DNA of 64,000 bases from contig CALWEA010000007.1 in assembly GCA_944376905.1 (NCBI GenBank), positions 168-64,167 of the forward strand, given 5' to 3'. The notes under the pieces are model-generated. The model had not been told where the DNA came from, searched no databases, and worked only from the letters and a program-made list of their open reading frames with translations. Shown piece by piece: positions 45,101 to 54,572 of this stretch (the stretch's first letter is position 1; every line of letters begins with the position of its first letter). Both the position numbers and the translations under genes were made by a program. This stretch comes from an uncultured Clostridia bacterium. GTDB taxonomy: Bacteria; Bacillota; Clostridia; Christensenellales; UBA1242.

Positions 45101-46001
45101 ATTTATAGTAGGTTCAACTAAAAAATTTTTTAAGAAATTGTATTCCAATTTTCAAATAAAAAGTTGTTCATCGTTTTTAGATTTAATAATTGGTTCATTA
45201 AGCGAAAAAGAAATTTTAGAAATTAATAATTTCTTTTTACTACAATCTAATAAATCTTGTATTTTTAATAATTTAAAAAACTATTCTATTAATTGCTATT
45301 TTGCAGAAAATTTTATTGATAATGTTAATAATGTAAAGACAAAAGCAGTAGGGAAATTTGACATTGGCATTGTTGATTATTTAAAAAGTTATTTCAATAA
45401 AGATTTGCCACAAAAAACAAATGTTGCATTAAAAAATTCTGTAACATCTTTATCTAGTGTTGATGATGAATTTTATACGAGTTATAATCCTCAGCCCAAA
45501 TTGTTAAAAATAGAAGAACATAATGTTAAAAAAATAAATGAAATAGGAACAGATTATCATGAAATTTTAGAAATTATTCCTTTTGATGAAATACATACTT
45601 GTCTAGATGTTGAAAATTTTATAATAAAAAATAATTTAAACAAAACCCTTGACGTTAAAAAAATTTTTGAATGTATTAAATTGATAAAATCTTTTCAATA
45701 TAAAAACATGCTTAAAGAACAAAAATTTATGATGTATGTTCCCCATAAAGATATTATTGAAAATGGTTCAAGAGAAAAAATATTAATACAAGGAGTTATT
45801 GACCTTGTATTATTAGGTAAAAAAAATGTTCTTATAGATTATAAATATACTTTAACAAAAAATCGCGAAACTTTAATAAATAGATATAAAATGCAGTTAA
45901 AATTATATAAAAAGGCAGTTGAGGAATCTTTAAATATTAGTATAAATGAGGTTTATCTTCTACTAATATATTCTGCTGAACTTGTTAAAGTTGATTTGTA
46001 A
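42168..46001 (+). CDS. addA: ATP-dependent helicase/nuclease AddAB, subunit A (UvrD/Rep-type helicase plus nuclease)
   Basis: VSASAGSGKTTVL (Walker A), FVDEYQDAN, TIHSSKGLEYPIVF, LLYVALTRA and the C-terminal nuclease GVIDLV..IDYKY are present. ATG 42168 follows tggag. The track ORF starts at TTG 42141. Confidence 0.9.
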   Translation: MQKKQFPFQPEQIKVLNSEGKNVIVSASAGSGKTTVLIQKLIKLITEKNVSVKKLLVLTYTKASAEEMKQKLIDALYENAIDNPKLLEQIDDVAVSDISTIHSFFQRLIKRYFMVLKINPAFSVMEEQESEILKSQAIKNILNDFSKTNPYYLEKLLDYYGKTRSHKTIKKLLDKINIFLGAVDDVEEFYNHTSTLFCCENLNKNLAVFFVNKELCEMIDYFKTEFLKLNKEAQFIDSKEYFEYTNKILAILSQIKMTTKEKVYFKNYLENLNDNVDNNDEVDEIPSTTFFKNYQILISSKFPNLNQPKSNSKVCQYQSQNNVLKNGLQDILKENLPDNSQDKVKNELKDRLKNDNCQEEFDKNLNLYIKLNEVKTKFAKEKTNYLDCDYNEENVLQSIKDIKETIKILLELNQSYEKEYLKLKQRKNVVDFNDLEKYALLLLKNSSICSELQNQYKYIFVDEYQDANYLQEKILSLISSNNNRFMVGDVKQSIYGFRQAEPDIFLNLEEKFKTDPNSEALTLNSNFRSNKNILNFVNLVFSEIMTQKTAKLDYKISSCLIPKAKYKDVLSNSFKNVELNIIKIPENIEKPKPPKLYSVQNIKSEYLYNFEPAELEARLVAKKISELVGQKIYDVKLKQEREIQFKDICMLLNSRGEYLDKFCSVLNKFGIPIYANTNSSLFEDEEIKIFLSLLKLSVSQLDDISYVTVLHSIFGELTYNEIAILKIIFPKCNSVYEIINKFLNDQNIIKFLNCFSDGENCKETFEKDLNSFATNLKETLSNNNFSVIELKKLYQKVKNFTKFLDNFIKKLKFNGVYLTLNKIINDFDYFSYLYQRSDGIEKVAKIKKFVENFVNNSYNFDIVGFLNFVENSPNLVRAPNYISGDNCVSITTIHSSKGLEYPIVFLINCGGNFYGKQRDGDIELNTNFGIALKRFDKNNRSKNMSIIFDAMQKINKNDVFAEKLRLLYVALTRAQNHLFIVGSTKKFFKKLYSNFQIKSCSSFLDLIIGSLSEKEILEINNFFLLQSNKSCIFNNLKNYSINCYFAENFIDNVNNVKTKAVGKFDIGIVDYLKSYFNKDLPQKTNVALKNSVTSLSSVDDEFYTSYNPQPKLLKIEEHNVKKINEIGTDYHEILEIIPFDEIHTCLDVENFIIKNNLNKTLDVKKIFECIKLIKSFQYKNMLKEQKFMMYVPHKDIIENGSREKILIQGVIDLVLLGKKNVLIDYKYTLTKNRETLINRYKMQLKLYKKAVEESLNISINEVYLLLIYSAELVKVDL

Positions 46002-46033
46002 AAACTATGACTTAAATCATAGTTTTTATTTTT
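46001..46033 (+). terminator. addA terminator
   Basis: A perfect 10-bp stem aaaactatga/tcatagtttt has a 6-nt loop and a T-rich tail. Confidence 0.75.
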
Positions 46034-46660
46034 TATAAGTTTTATTAAAAATTTTATTTTATAGTTAAAATGTTTTTTTAAAATAGTATAAAATAAAAAA
46101 AATTATATTAATAGATGATAAGGATTAAATTTATATTAAAAAATTCTTTATTTTTATAAAAATTTTGCTTATTCAATTGTTAGTGATTTTATAAAGAATA
46201 AATAAAAAACAAAAACAATAAATTAAAAAATAAAATATTTAATAAAATAATATTTTTTAAGAAGCAATTGATTATATGCAACTAGTTAAAGATAACTTGT
46301 AAAAACATCAAATTATGTTTTATTATGTTTAAAATAAAATTTAAAAAATAAAAAAATTAAAAAATTTAAAAAAAAATAATTAGCAAATTAAATAAATGTT
46401 TATAAAATTGTAGAGTTTAAAATAATTAAAACAAAAAAATATAATCATTTTATAAAGAATATATAACTAAAAAAATAATAAAAAAACTAAAAAAATAATA
46501 AAAAAAATAATAAAAAAAATAAAATTAAAAAAAATTATAAAAAAATTATAAAAAAATTGTCAAAAAATAAAAAAAATTGTTAAAAATTGTAAAAAACATT
46601 AGTTATTTTAAAAAGTATGTGATATACTAATATTGATTTATTATTAAGGAGAATTGTTTT

Positions 46661-49600
46661 ATGATTGTAACCGAAATTCAAAACTTTTTAAACCAGTTAA
46701 TGTTAAGTATTGATTGGGACGTCTTATTTTTTATAGGGGTTGGATTTGAAATTTTGTTTGCCTTATTCTTTATTGTTAAATCCCATTATGCTTACGAGAT
46801 GCGACTTGTTCGAAAATTGTCAGTTCTTAATACTTGGTTAAGTAGAAACCAGTATATCGACTCCAACAATTTGTTGGCTTTTAATGAATTAATGAAGTCA
46901 ACGCCTAAACAGTTGCGTCATTATTGGCATCAATATATGCTTTATAGAGAAAAAGAACCTAGTTTTTATATGAGTGATTATAATTGTATTGAAAAACCTT
47001 TGAAAACAAGTTCTTTTGCTTCAAACATTAAAAATTTTAGTGCTATTAGTTATTCCTTTGCTTTTTTTATGTTTGTTTTTGGTATAGCGGCGTTAGCGTC
47101 TGACCCTTTTCAGTTTTCTTTGTTTGCAAAAGCGTTAATAACTCCGGTTATAATTATTATTTTAAACACAATTTTTGTTATGATTTTGCGGGCTCGTGAG
47201 AACATGAATCTTGCGACATTATATCAATATTTTCATTATTTTAATAGATTTTTAGATAAAGCTGTTACAACAATGCCTGAATATGTTGATTTTGAAGTTT
47301 TATTTACTCGTCAAGAAATTAGAAAAGGTATACCTGTTCTTAATGAATATTTGGAAAAAAGGGCTCGTCAGGAACAAGAAGAATTAGAAAAAGCACGTCT
47401 TTATGCTGTTGAACACGAACAATACGACTTTAACGATGCAGGAATTGATGGTGCGCTGGTTTTAGATAGAGCAATGAAAGAAACTGAAACATATTTAAAT
47501 ATAAGACAGCGTTTATTATCTGAAATTGAACAATTCGAAAGTGAAATAGATAGTTTGAAACGAAACTATGAAAATACACAAAAAGAATATCAAAAGAAAT
47601 TACAAGCAAGTAAAGAAAATGTTGAAAGATTGCGTCAACAACAAGAAGAAAGTACAAACCGTATTGAAACAAATTACATAAAAAAACAACAGTCTGATGA
47701 AATCAAAAAGCAAGAACAACTTGAAAAAGACCATGATACTGCAACTATTCGTTTCAATCAAGAAATGGAAAGTTTAACCCAAGAAATTGAAACTCGTCGT
47801 GCCGACCTTGCTGAGCGTAAACAATATGTCGAAGATGCTATGCGTGCTGAATATCAAACATTTTCTTCAAAAATGTATAAAAGTGTTGTTGCCGTTGTCG
47901 AAGAAAGAGTTAACGAAGAAAAACAAACTTTGGTTGATATGAAAGATGAAATTGCCAAAGAACTTGAAGAGGCTAATTTAGTTATCTCTGAAAAGAATAA
48001 AGAAATTGCCGGGCTTAGAAACCTTGCCAAAAAACATAAAATAGATACATCAAGTGTTGATGGTTTTTATAGTGAAACTTTGGAAAAAGAGGCAAAAAAA
48101 CTACGCCGAGGACGACATAATTTATCTGTTGATGATGATTTTGAAGAAAATATTACAGAACAATCATTGCAACAAAATGTAGACGAAAACAGTCAAATAG
48201 ATGAAAATAATCAAAGTCAAGTTGAAAGTAAAGACGAAATACTAGAAAATCCTAGTGGTTCAAATGATGCTAATTTAGATGAAAATATTGTCGATATAGA
48301 TAATAGTGTTGTGCAGGAAAATAGTTTAGAAAACTTAAATGAAGAAAATGTATCACAAAACGAAGAAAATAATTTAAATAATAATGAAAATGTTGCAGAA
48401 GTTGTAGACAGTGACAAATTAAACAAGTCATTAGACGCTGACAATCAATTAAAAACGGAAAATTCTTCTGTTCAAAATAATAGTCAAGACAGTCAAGAGT
48501 TTGAAAAAGTTTATGATGAAAACGGTTGTTATTATGATGAAAAAGGCAACTATATATATCCTAATGGTGCTTATTATGACCCAGAAGGTTGTTATCATGA
48601 TGAATTAGGTGGTTGGTTTGAGGCAGATGGAAAAACTTATCATGCTCCTGATGAAAATTCTCAACAAGTAACAAAAAATAATAATGAATCTGGAGAAGAT
48701 GAAACAGGGCAAGTGTTTACACCTGTTTATGATGAAAATGGCTGTTATTATGATGAAAAAGGCAACTATATATACCCTAATGGTGCTTATTATGACCCAG
48801 AAGGTTGTTATCATGATGAATTAGGTGGTTGGTTTGAGGCAGATGGAAAAACTTATCATGCTCCTGATGAGAAGAAAACAAAAATTGAATATGACAATCT
48901 TGATGATAAAACTAAATTTGCACTTGCAGAAAATTTTGGTATTAAATCCGACCCAAATAAAGAAGAAAAAGATAAAATAAAAGAGCAAAAAGAGCATAAA
49001 AAACTTGCTCGTGAAGAACAGAAAAAATTAAGAAAAGAAGAAAAAATTGCCCGCAAAATTGCAAAACTTGAAGAAAAAAATAAATTAAAACAAGAAAGTC
49101 CTAATTCTTTGGAATTACAAGATGCAAATGTGCAAAATAGTGAATTGACTTCAATGACAGAAGAAAAAGAAAGTGCTGAAAATCAAGAATTACAAGAAAG
49201 TAAATTTGATAATAATTTGAATCAAAATACTAATTCTTTAAATGAAAATCAAGAAACTAAATTAAATGATATTGATGAAAAATTAAAAATTGACAATTTA
49301 GATAAAGATGTTGATGACTTGCAAAATTTAAATAATAATGAAATTAATTTTGATGATTTTAATTTTGATTTTGACGATTTAGATTTGCCTAATGAAGAAA
49401 ATTTAAAAACTAATGAAGAAGAACATATTACAACTGATGAAGATTTAAAACAATTAGAACAGCAGGTTGAAGAATTAACTCAACAGCCAAATGTTGAAAA
49501 TAAAGAAAATTTAAATAGTGAAAATAAAGTAGTGCCTGTTGCAAAAAAACGAGGTCGACCAAAAAAAGTTCAAACACCAGAAAATAATCAAGATAATAAA

Positions 49601-50161
49601 GAAAATGATTTATCAAGTGCTGAACAAGTTGAACCAGTCGTAAAGAAAAGACCGGGCCGTCCTAGAAAAGATGAGTCTTTGGGCGCTGAAAAACCTAAAA
49701 AACTGGTTGGTCGCCCTAAAAAAGTATTAACCGAAGAAGAAAAAGAAAATTTAAATAAACCTAAAAGACCGGGACGTCCTAGAAAAGATAAGTCTTTGGA
49801 CGCTGAAAAAACTAAAAAGCCGGTTGGTCGCCCTAAAAAAGTTTTAACCGAAGAAGAAAAAGAAAATTTAAATAAACCTAAAAGACCGGTTGGCCGTCCT
49901 AGAAAAAATTCTTCAACTTCTTCCAATAATTCAACTTCTAAATCTCCTAAAAAAGTTGGAAGACCTCGTAAAAACTCGGAACAAACAACTGAGCCAACTG
50001 TGAAAAGAGGTAGAGGGCGTCCTAAAAAAGTTGATATTGACGAAATTCAAAAACTTAACGAACAAATAGAAAATGAAAACAAGCGTTTAAAACAACGTCA
50101 AAAAGAACTTAAATCTCAATTAGACGAAACTTTGTCGATATTACAAGATGAATTAGATTAA
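46661..50161 (+). CDS. 1166-aa protein: three N-terminal hydrophobic segments, a long coiled coil, an acidic low-complexity region, a duplicated Cys/Tyr/Gly module, and eight C-terminal AT-hook-like GRP motifs
   Basis: Hydrophobic stretches: VLFFIGVGFEILFALFFIV, FSAISYSFAFFMFVFGIAALA, ALITPVIIIILNTIFVMIL. A heptad-like E/K/Q-rich region spans about residues 230-470. The C-terminus carries KKRGRPKKV, KKRPGRPRKD, LVGRPKKV, KRPGRPRKD, PVGRPKKV, RPVGRPRKN, KVGRPRKN and RGRGRPKKV. The RBS is aaggag. Confidence 0.7.
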   Translation: MIVTEIQNFLNQLMLSIDWDVLFFIGVGFEILFALFFIVKSHYAYEMRLVRKLSVLNTWLSRNQYIDSNNLLAFNELMKSTPKQLRHYWHQYMLYREKEPSFYMSDYNCIEKPLKTSSFASNIKNFSAISYSFAFFMFVFGIAALASDPFQFSLFAKALITPVIIIILNTIFVMILRARENMNLATLYQYFHYFNRFLDKAVTTMPEYVDFEVLFTRQEIRKGIPVLNEYLEKRARQEQEELEKARLYAVEHEQYDFNDAGIDGALVLDRAMKETETYLNIRQRLLSEIEQFESEIDSLKRNYENTQKEYQKKLQASKENVERLRQQQEESTNRIETNYIKKQQSDEIKKQEQLEKDHDTATIRFNQEMESLTQEIETRRADLAERKQYVEDAMRAEYQTFSSKMYKSVVAVVEERVNEEKQTLVDMKDEIAKELEEANLVISEKNKEIAGLRNLAKKHKIDTSSVDGFYSETLEKEAKKLRRGRHNLSVDDDFEENITEQSLQQNVDENSQIDENNQSQVESKDEILENPSGSNDANLDENIVDIDNSVVQENSLENLNEENVSQNEENNLNNNENVAEVVDSDKLNKSLDADNQLKTENSSVQNNSQDSQEFEKVYDENGCYYDEKGNYIYPNGAYYDPEGCYHDELGGWFEADGKTYHAPDENSQQVTKNNNESGEDETGQVFTPVYDENGCYYDEKGNYIYPNGAYYDPEGCYHDELGGWFEADGKTYHAPDEKKTKIEYDNLDDKTKFALAENFGIKSDPNKEEKDKIKEQKEHKKLAREEQKKLRKEEKIARKIAKLEEKNKLKQESPNSLELQDANVQNSELTSMTEEKESAENQELQESKFDNNLNQNTNSLNENQETKLNDIDEKLKIDNLDKDVDDLQNLNNNEINFDDFNFDFDDLDLPNEENLKTNEEEHITTDEDLKQLEQQVEELTQQPNVENKENLNSENKVVPVAKKRGRPKKVQTPENNQDNKENDLSSAEQVEPVVKKRPGRPRKDESLGAEKPKKLVGRPKKVLTEEEKENLNKPKRPGRPRKDKSLDAEKTKKPVGRPKKVLTEEEKENLNKPKRPVGRPRKNSSTSSNNSTSKSPKKVGRPRKNSEQTTEPTVKRGRGRPKKVDIDEIQKLNEQIENENKRLKQRQKELKSQLDETLSILQDELD
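48509..48870 (+). repeat. Two near-identical 146-bp copies (48509..48654 and 48725..48870), period 216 bp, inside 46661..50161
   Basis: Both encode VYDENGCYYDEKGNYIYPNGAYYDPEGCYHDELGGWFEADGKTYHAPDE. I see only about 4 nucleotide differences. Confidence 0.9.
49646..49910 (+). repeat. About 2.3 copies of a 117-bp in-frame repeat encoding paired AT-hook motifs
   Basis: Copies start at 49646, 49763 and 49880. The unit encodes KRPGRPRKD(E/K)SL(G/D)AEK(P/T)KK(L/P)VGRPKKVLTEEEKENLNKP. Confidence 0.9.
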
Positions 50162-50224
50162 TATCTTTTCTTTGATTTAGTTTTAACTTTTCATTAATTG
50201 ATAATACTTTTTACCTAATTAAAA

Positions 50225-50263
50225 AAACAGCAATAATTTAAATAATATTATTGTTGTTTTTTT
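50225..50263 (+). terminator. Terminator of 46661..50161
   Basis: A 13-bp stem aaacagcaataat/attattgttgttt (one G:U pair) has a 9-nt loop and a T-run. Confidence 0.7.
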
Positions 50264-50729
50264 ATTTTTATTATTTTTATTATTTTAATAGTTGTTTATA
50301 AAATAAATTTTGACCTTATAATATAAAATTATTTGAAATGTTGTTAAATTATAAAAATATATAAAAAAATAAAGATTTAAAAATTAATGAAAAAATCAAA
50401 AGATAAAAAATAAAATAATAGAAATTTTTAGTTTTTGAATGATATATTTAAAAATTAATGTTTATAATAAAATTTTTAGAATTATAAATAAAAATTATAA
50501 GTTTTAAAGAACTTAGGGTTTATTTGAATTATATATTTTTTAATATAATTATTTTAACTTTTATAAATTATTAATTAAATTATTTTAACGTTGTAAATTA
50601 TCAGTTAAATTATTTTTATTAATTTAATTTATATTTGAAATATTTTTATTATTTTTTATTTATATTTAAATTAATTTTATTTTTATAATAATTTTTATAC
50701 TTGTAGTTATTTGTATTTTAGTCTTTTGG

Positions 50730-50758
50730 TTGATAACTTTTTTTATTTGTGATAAAAT
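50730..50758 (+). promoter_or_regulatory. Sigma-A promoter with an extended -10, placed for a leaderless ABC transcript
   Basis: TTGATA (50730..50735), a 17-nt spacer, then TGA-TAAAAT (hexamer 50753..50758). Six nt follow, then the A of ATG at 50765. There is no Shine-Dalgarno sequence. Confidence 0.5.
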
Positions 50759-50764
50759 ATTTTT

Positions 50765-53700
50765 ATGAAAACAAATCTATTTGCTTGGAGTTATGTTAAG
50801 GGATATAAAATAGACTTTATGTTGGCTCTTGTTTGTGCTGGCTTTGCTGTTATTTTTGGATTAATACTTCCGCAAATTACACAAATGTTTATTGACAGTA
50901 TATTAGATTATTCTCAAACTTCTTTGCAAAAAATAAGTCCATTTTGGTTTTGGTTGTTAGAACTTTTTACCAATATAACTTTTACGAATTTAATTGTTTT
51001 ACTGTGTATTGTTTTTGTTGTTTTTGCATTTTTAAAAAATTTATTTGAATTTCTTAAAAGTCAAAAATTATATAAATGTGGTGCAGGGGCAACTGGATTA
51101 ATGCGTGCAGATTGTTTTAAAAAACTTGCGCATTTAAATAATTACACTCAAAAAAGTGAGACCTATGTTCATTTTACTAATGATATCTCTGATTTTTATG
51201 ATTTAATAGTTAAAACATATCCTAAAATTTTTATATCAATTTTAACTATTGTGTTGGCTTTGATTCTTATTTTTTTTATTAATATTAAAATTGGATTCGT
51301 TTTAATTTTGCTAATTCCAATAATTTTTTTGACGGGTATTATAAATTTAAAAAAGATGAAATCAAATTTTAATGATATTCGTGAAAAAAAGTCAAAAATG
51401 CAAGATGTTGCTGAAAATGCTGTTAATCAAATTCGAGAAATTAAAATTTTTAATAGAGAAAAGTTAATAGAAGATAGATATCTAGAAGTTAATACTGAGC
51501 ATATTAATTCAAGTTTAAAAGCATTTAACCATTATAATAAAACTATCTTTTGGAGTGATTTAATAAAAGCAGTTGGTATGGCAACTACGCTTATCTTATC
51601 TGCTGTTTTGTGTTTTAAAGGTTTAATTAGTGTTGGATATTTTGTGTTGTTATCGACATATTCTTTCACGGTTTTAAATGCATCTTCTCAACTCTTACTT
51701 GCTTTTCTTGATGGAACACAACAATTAACAAGAATAGAAAAAGTTAGAAAATTTTTAAATCTACGCAGTGAATTTAAAGATGGTAAACAAACAATAAGTT
51801 CTCAAACTCCTAATTTGTTTTTAAACAAAATTACAGTTGTTCTTGATGGTAGGACAATTTTTAAAAATTTATCTGCCGAATTTTTGTTTGGGAAACATTA
51901 TGCCGTTTTTTTAAGTCAAGGTGAAGGAAAATCTGCTCTGGCGAAATTGTTATTAAAGTTTTTTGAGCCGAATGAAGGAACAATAACAATTGATAACATT
52001 GATTATCAAAATTGTGATGTTTATAGTTTAAGAAAGCATTTTTCTTATGTGTCACAAGAACCTTATATTTTTGAAACAAGTTTTTTAAACAATATCATAA
52101 TGTTTGAAAATTTAGATGAAAAAAAACTTCAAATTGCAATAGAAATTTGCGGATTAAAAAAAATAATAAACAAATTTGAGGGTGGGTTAGATTATATTTT
52201 TACTGAAAAGGGAGCGGAATTGTCTTCTCAGGACAAACAAAAAATAAACTTGGCTCGTGCTATTTATAAAAATGCACCTATTTTGTTAATAGATTCTTCT
52301 TTTAACAAATTTACCAATAACGATTCTGCTCAATTAATTACAAAAATTTTTGAGTTTTACAAAGATAGAACGGTTATTATTTTAAGTGATAGATGGGTTG
52401 ATTTTGAACAATGTGAAAAAATTTTTATTATCGAAAATGGAAAGTTAATTAAAAGGCATCATTCACGGGATTTTATTGAGAATAAAATAAAAGAAAACGA
52501 AAAATTAAACTTGGACAGTAAATCAAAGATTATAAATTCTCAAATAAAAAGAATGAAAGATAAAATAAAATCATTTATTAATAAACAAACAAATAAAATA
52601 GACAAAGAATGTGTAACTAAAAAATCTACCAAATTTATTGTTTTTCAATGTGAATCGAAAAAAGATGCAAAACAATTAAAAATAAATAATATCCAAGAAA
52701 ATAAATTTTTAAATTCAGTTTATTATTCAAAAGATATATTAAATCAAAATAAAAACCCAAATCAACAATCTAATAATCAAAATAGTTTACAAAATATTTC
52801 GACAAAACAAAATAAAGAGATGGTTTTGAAAGAAAATACAATCCAAATTAATCCAAATGAAGCAACAGGCGAAAATGAAAAAGGCAATGATGTAAATGGC
52901 ATAAAAGCAGAAAAAGCGGATTGCAAGACGAAAATAAAAAAAAATTATTGGTATTTTCAAAAAAATAATAATATAATAAAAGAATTTGATGGATTACCTA
53001 CAAATAAAGAACAATCGCTAAGTAATATATTTAATAAAAATACAAAATTTAATACGCTAAATTTTAATGATGAAAACTCTAATATGAGTAGTGAGTTCTT
53101 TAATCAATTACATCTTAAAAAGTTAAAGTGTAAAAACAATAATTGTTTGAAGAAAAAAAATAATAATAATCTTTCAGTATCTTTAAATTTTATTAAAAAA
53201 AACAATAATAAAAAAAATTTTAAATTTATTAATGTTGGCAATGAAGAAAATTTAATAAATAATTTTGATGCATTAAAAAATTTGAATTTATTAAACGTTG
53301 TTGTTGGAAAAAGGTCTTATAATTTTGCAAGAAAATTACAGTATATGAACGCTATTGATAATGCGATTAACGATGGATTTGTTTGGCCTGATACAAGTAA
53401 TATAAGAAAAAATCAAAAAACATTTTTATTTAAAACTTATAAAAATGCAAAAAATTTTATTATAACTATTAATGGTTTTGAAAAAAGTCGACAAGATAAA
53501 AGAAAAGAAATAAAAAAACAAAAAGATATTGCCAATGATGTTGAAGATGTATCAAATAATGTCGTTATTCCCAATACTACGAATGATAATATAAAAGTAG
53601 ATAAAACGTTTAATATAGATAATTTAAATTTTTGCAAAAAAAAATATAAAAAGAAAAGTAAAGTCAGTAAATTAAAACAAAATTTACTTTTAAAGGCAAT

Positions 53701-54523
53701 AAACAACAAATTTGCAAAAATTAATTGTAATAATTTGGTTAGTGGTAAAGAGAAAATATTAAGCAGGAAAATTATAAAAAACATTCAAGATTACAGAGTG
53801 TTGAAATTTTTTAAACTAACGGATAATGCGCACGAATATAAATGTTTACGTGGGAAAGTTAAAAACGGGTTAAATGACACTATAAAATATTACAGTTATT
53901 TTGATATTCTCTTACAAACTGAAAGGCAAATTTTAAGTAATAAAAAACACAAATATAACTTTATATGCCTAAAAGAAAAGGTGAACGACAGAAAAACAAG
54001 GATTATAAAAAATACTTGCTTAAATAAATCTATTTCTTTTGCACCTTATCAAACTTTAAATAAATATCCTAAATTAAAAAAAATTAATTTACTAATTACT
54101 AACAATATTGACAATTTAATAGGAATGTGTATAGAAAAATTTATTTCTTCTAAAAATTTAAAAAACGATTTGTTAAAAAATAATATAGTTGAAGATTATA
54201 GTGAAAAAAAATTGGATATGAAATCTAAAATAATTAAAAAAGCAGAAAAAAAGAATGATAAAGTAGTGAATTCATTGTTGAATGAAGTAAAAAATAGTGA
54301 TTTAGACAAAATATCATTAGAACAATATCCAGTAATTTTTGATGGTGTAAGTAATGTTTTAATAGATGTTTGGGAACAACGAAAATATTATTATTGTAAG
54401 CAACGTGCGTTAAAATTAAAACAAGAAATGAGAAAATTAAATATGCAAAATAATAGTTGTGATAAAATAATTGAACAAGAAATTAATCAAGATAAACGAG
54501 ATAAAAAAGACAATGGAAAATAA
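50765..54523 (+). CDS. ABC exporter half-transporter (TMD-NBD, about 570 aa) with deviant ATPase motifs, fused to a Lys/Asn-rich C-terminal extension of about 680 aa
   Basis: A six-helix-type TMD is followed by the NBD. Walker A is LSQGEGKSA, the signature is LSSQD (canonical LSGGQ), Walker B is ILLIDS (catalytic Glu replaced by Ser), and the H-loop is LSDR (no His). A long basic low-complexity tail follows with no domain I can recognise. Confidence 0.7.
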   Translation: MKTNLFAWSYVKGYKIDFMLALVCAGFAVIFGLILPQITQMFIDSILDYSQTSLQKISPFWFWLLELFTNITFTNLIVLLCIVFVVFAFLKNLFEFLKSQKLYKCGAGATGLMRADCFKKLAHLNNYTQKSETYVHFTNDISDFYDLIVKTYPKIFISILTIVLALILIFFINIKIGFVLILLIPIIFLTGIINLKKMKSNFNDIREKKSKMQDVAENAVNQIREIKIFNREKLIEDRYLEVNTEHINSSLKAFNHYNKTIFWSDLIKAVGMATTLILSAVLCFKGLISVGYFVLLSTYSFTVLNASSQLLLAFLDGTQQLTRIEKVRKFLNLRSEFKDGKQTISSQTPNLFLNKITVVLDGRTIFKNLSAEFLFGKHYAVFLSQGEGKSALAKLLLKFFEPNEGTITIDNIDYQNCDVYSLRKHFSYVSQEPYIFETSFLNNIIMFENLDEKKLQIAIEICGLKKIINKFEGGLDYIFTEKGAELSSQDKQKINLARAIYKNAPILLIDSSFNKFTNNDSAQLITKIFEFYKDRTVIILSDRWVDFEQCEKIFIIENGKLIKRHHSRDFIENKIKENEKLNLDSKSKIINSQIKRMKDKIKSFINKQTNKIDKECVTKKSTKFIVFQCESKKDAKQLKINNIQENKFLNSVYYSKDILNQNKNPNQQSNNQNSLQNISTKQNKEMVLKENTIQINPNEATGENEKGNDVNGIKAEKADCKTKIKKNYWYFQKNNNIIKEFDGLPTNKEQSLSNIFNKNTKFNTLNFNDENSNMSSEFFNQLHLKKLKCKNNNCLKKKNNNNLSVSLNFIKKNNNKKNFKFINVGNEENLINNFDALKNLNLLNVVVGKRSYNFARKLQYMNAIDNAINDGFVWPDTSNIRKNQKTFLFKTYKNAKNFIITINGFEKSRQDKRKEIKKQKDIANDVEDVSNNVVIPNTTNDNIKVDKTFNIDNLNFCKKKYKKKSKVSKLKQNLLLKAINNKFAKINCNNLVSGKEKILSRKIIKNIQDYRVLKFFKLTDNAHEYKCLRGKVKNGLNDTIKYYSYFDILLQTERQILSNKKHKYNFICLKEKVNDRKTRIIKNTCLNKSISFAPYQTLNKYPKLKKINLLITNNIDNLIGMCIEKFISSKNLKNDLLKNNIVEDYSEKKLDMKSKIIKKAEKKNDKVVNSLLNEVKNSDLDKISLEQYPVIFDGVSNVLIDVWEQRKYYYCKQRALKLKQEMRKLNMQNNSCDKIIEQEINQDKRDKKDNGK

Positions 54524-54572
54524 AATACTGATTTTTCTACATTAAACAATAAGAAAAATTGGAGGATAGGAA

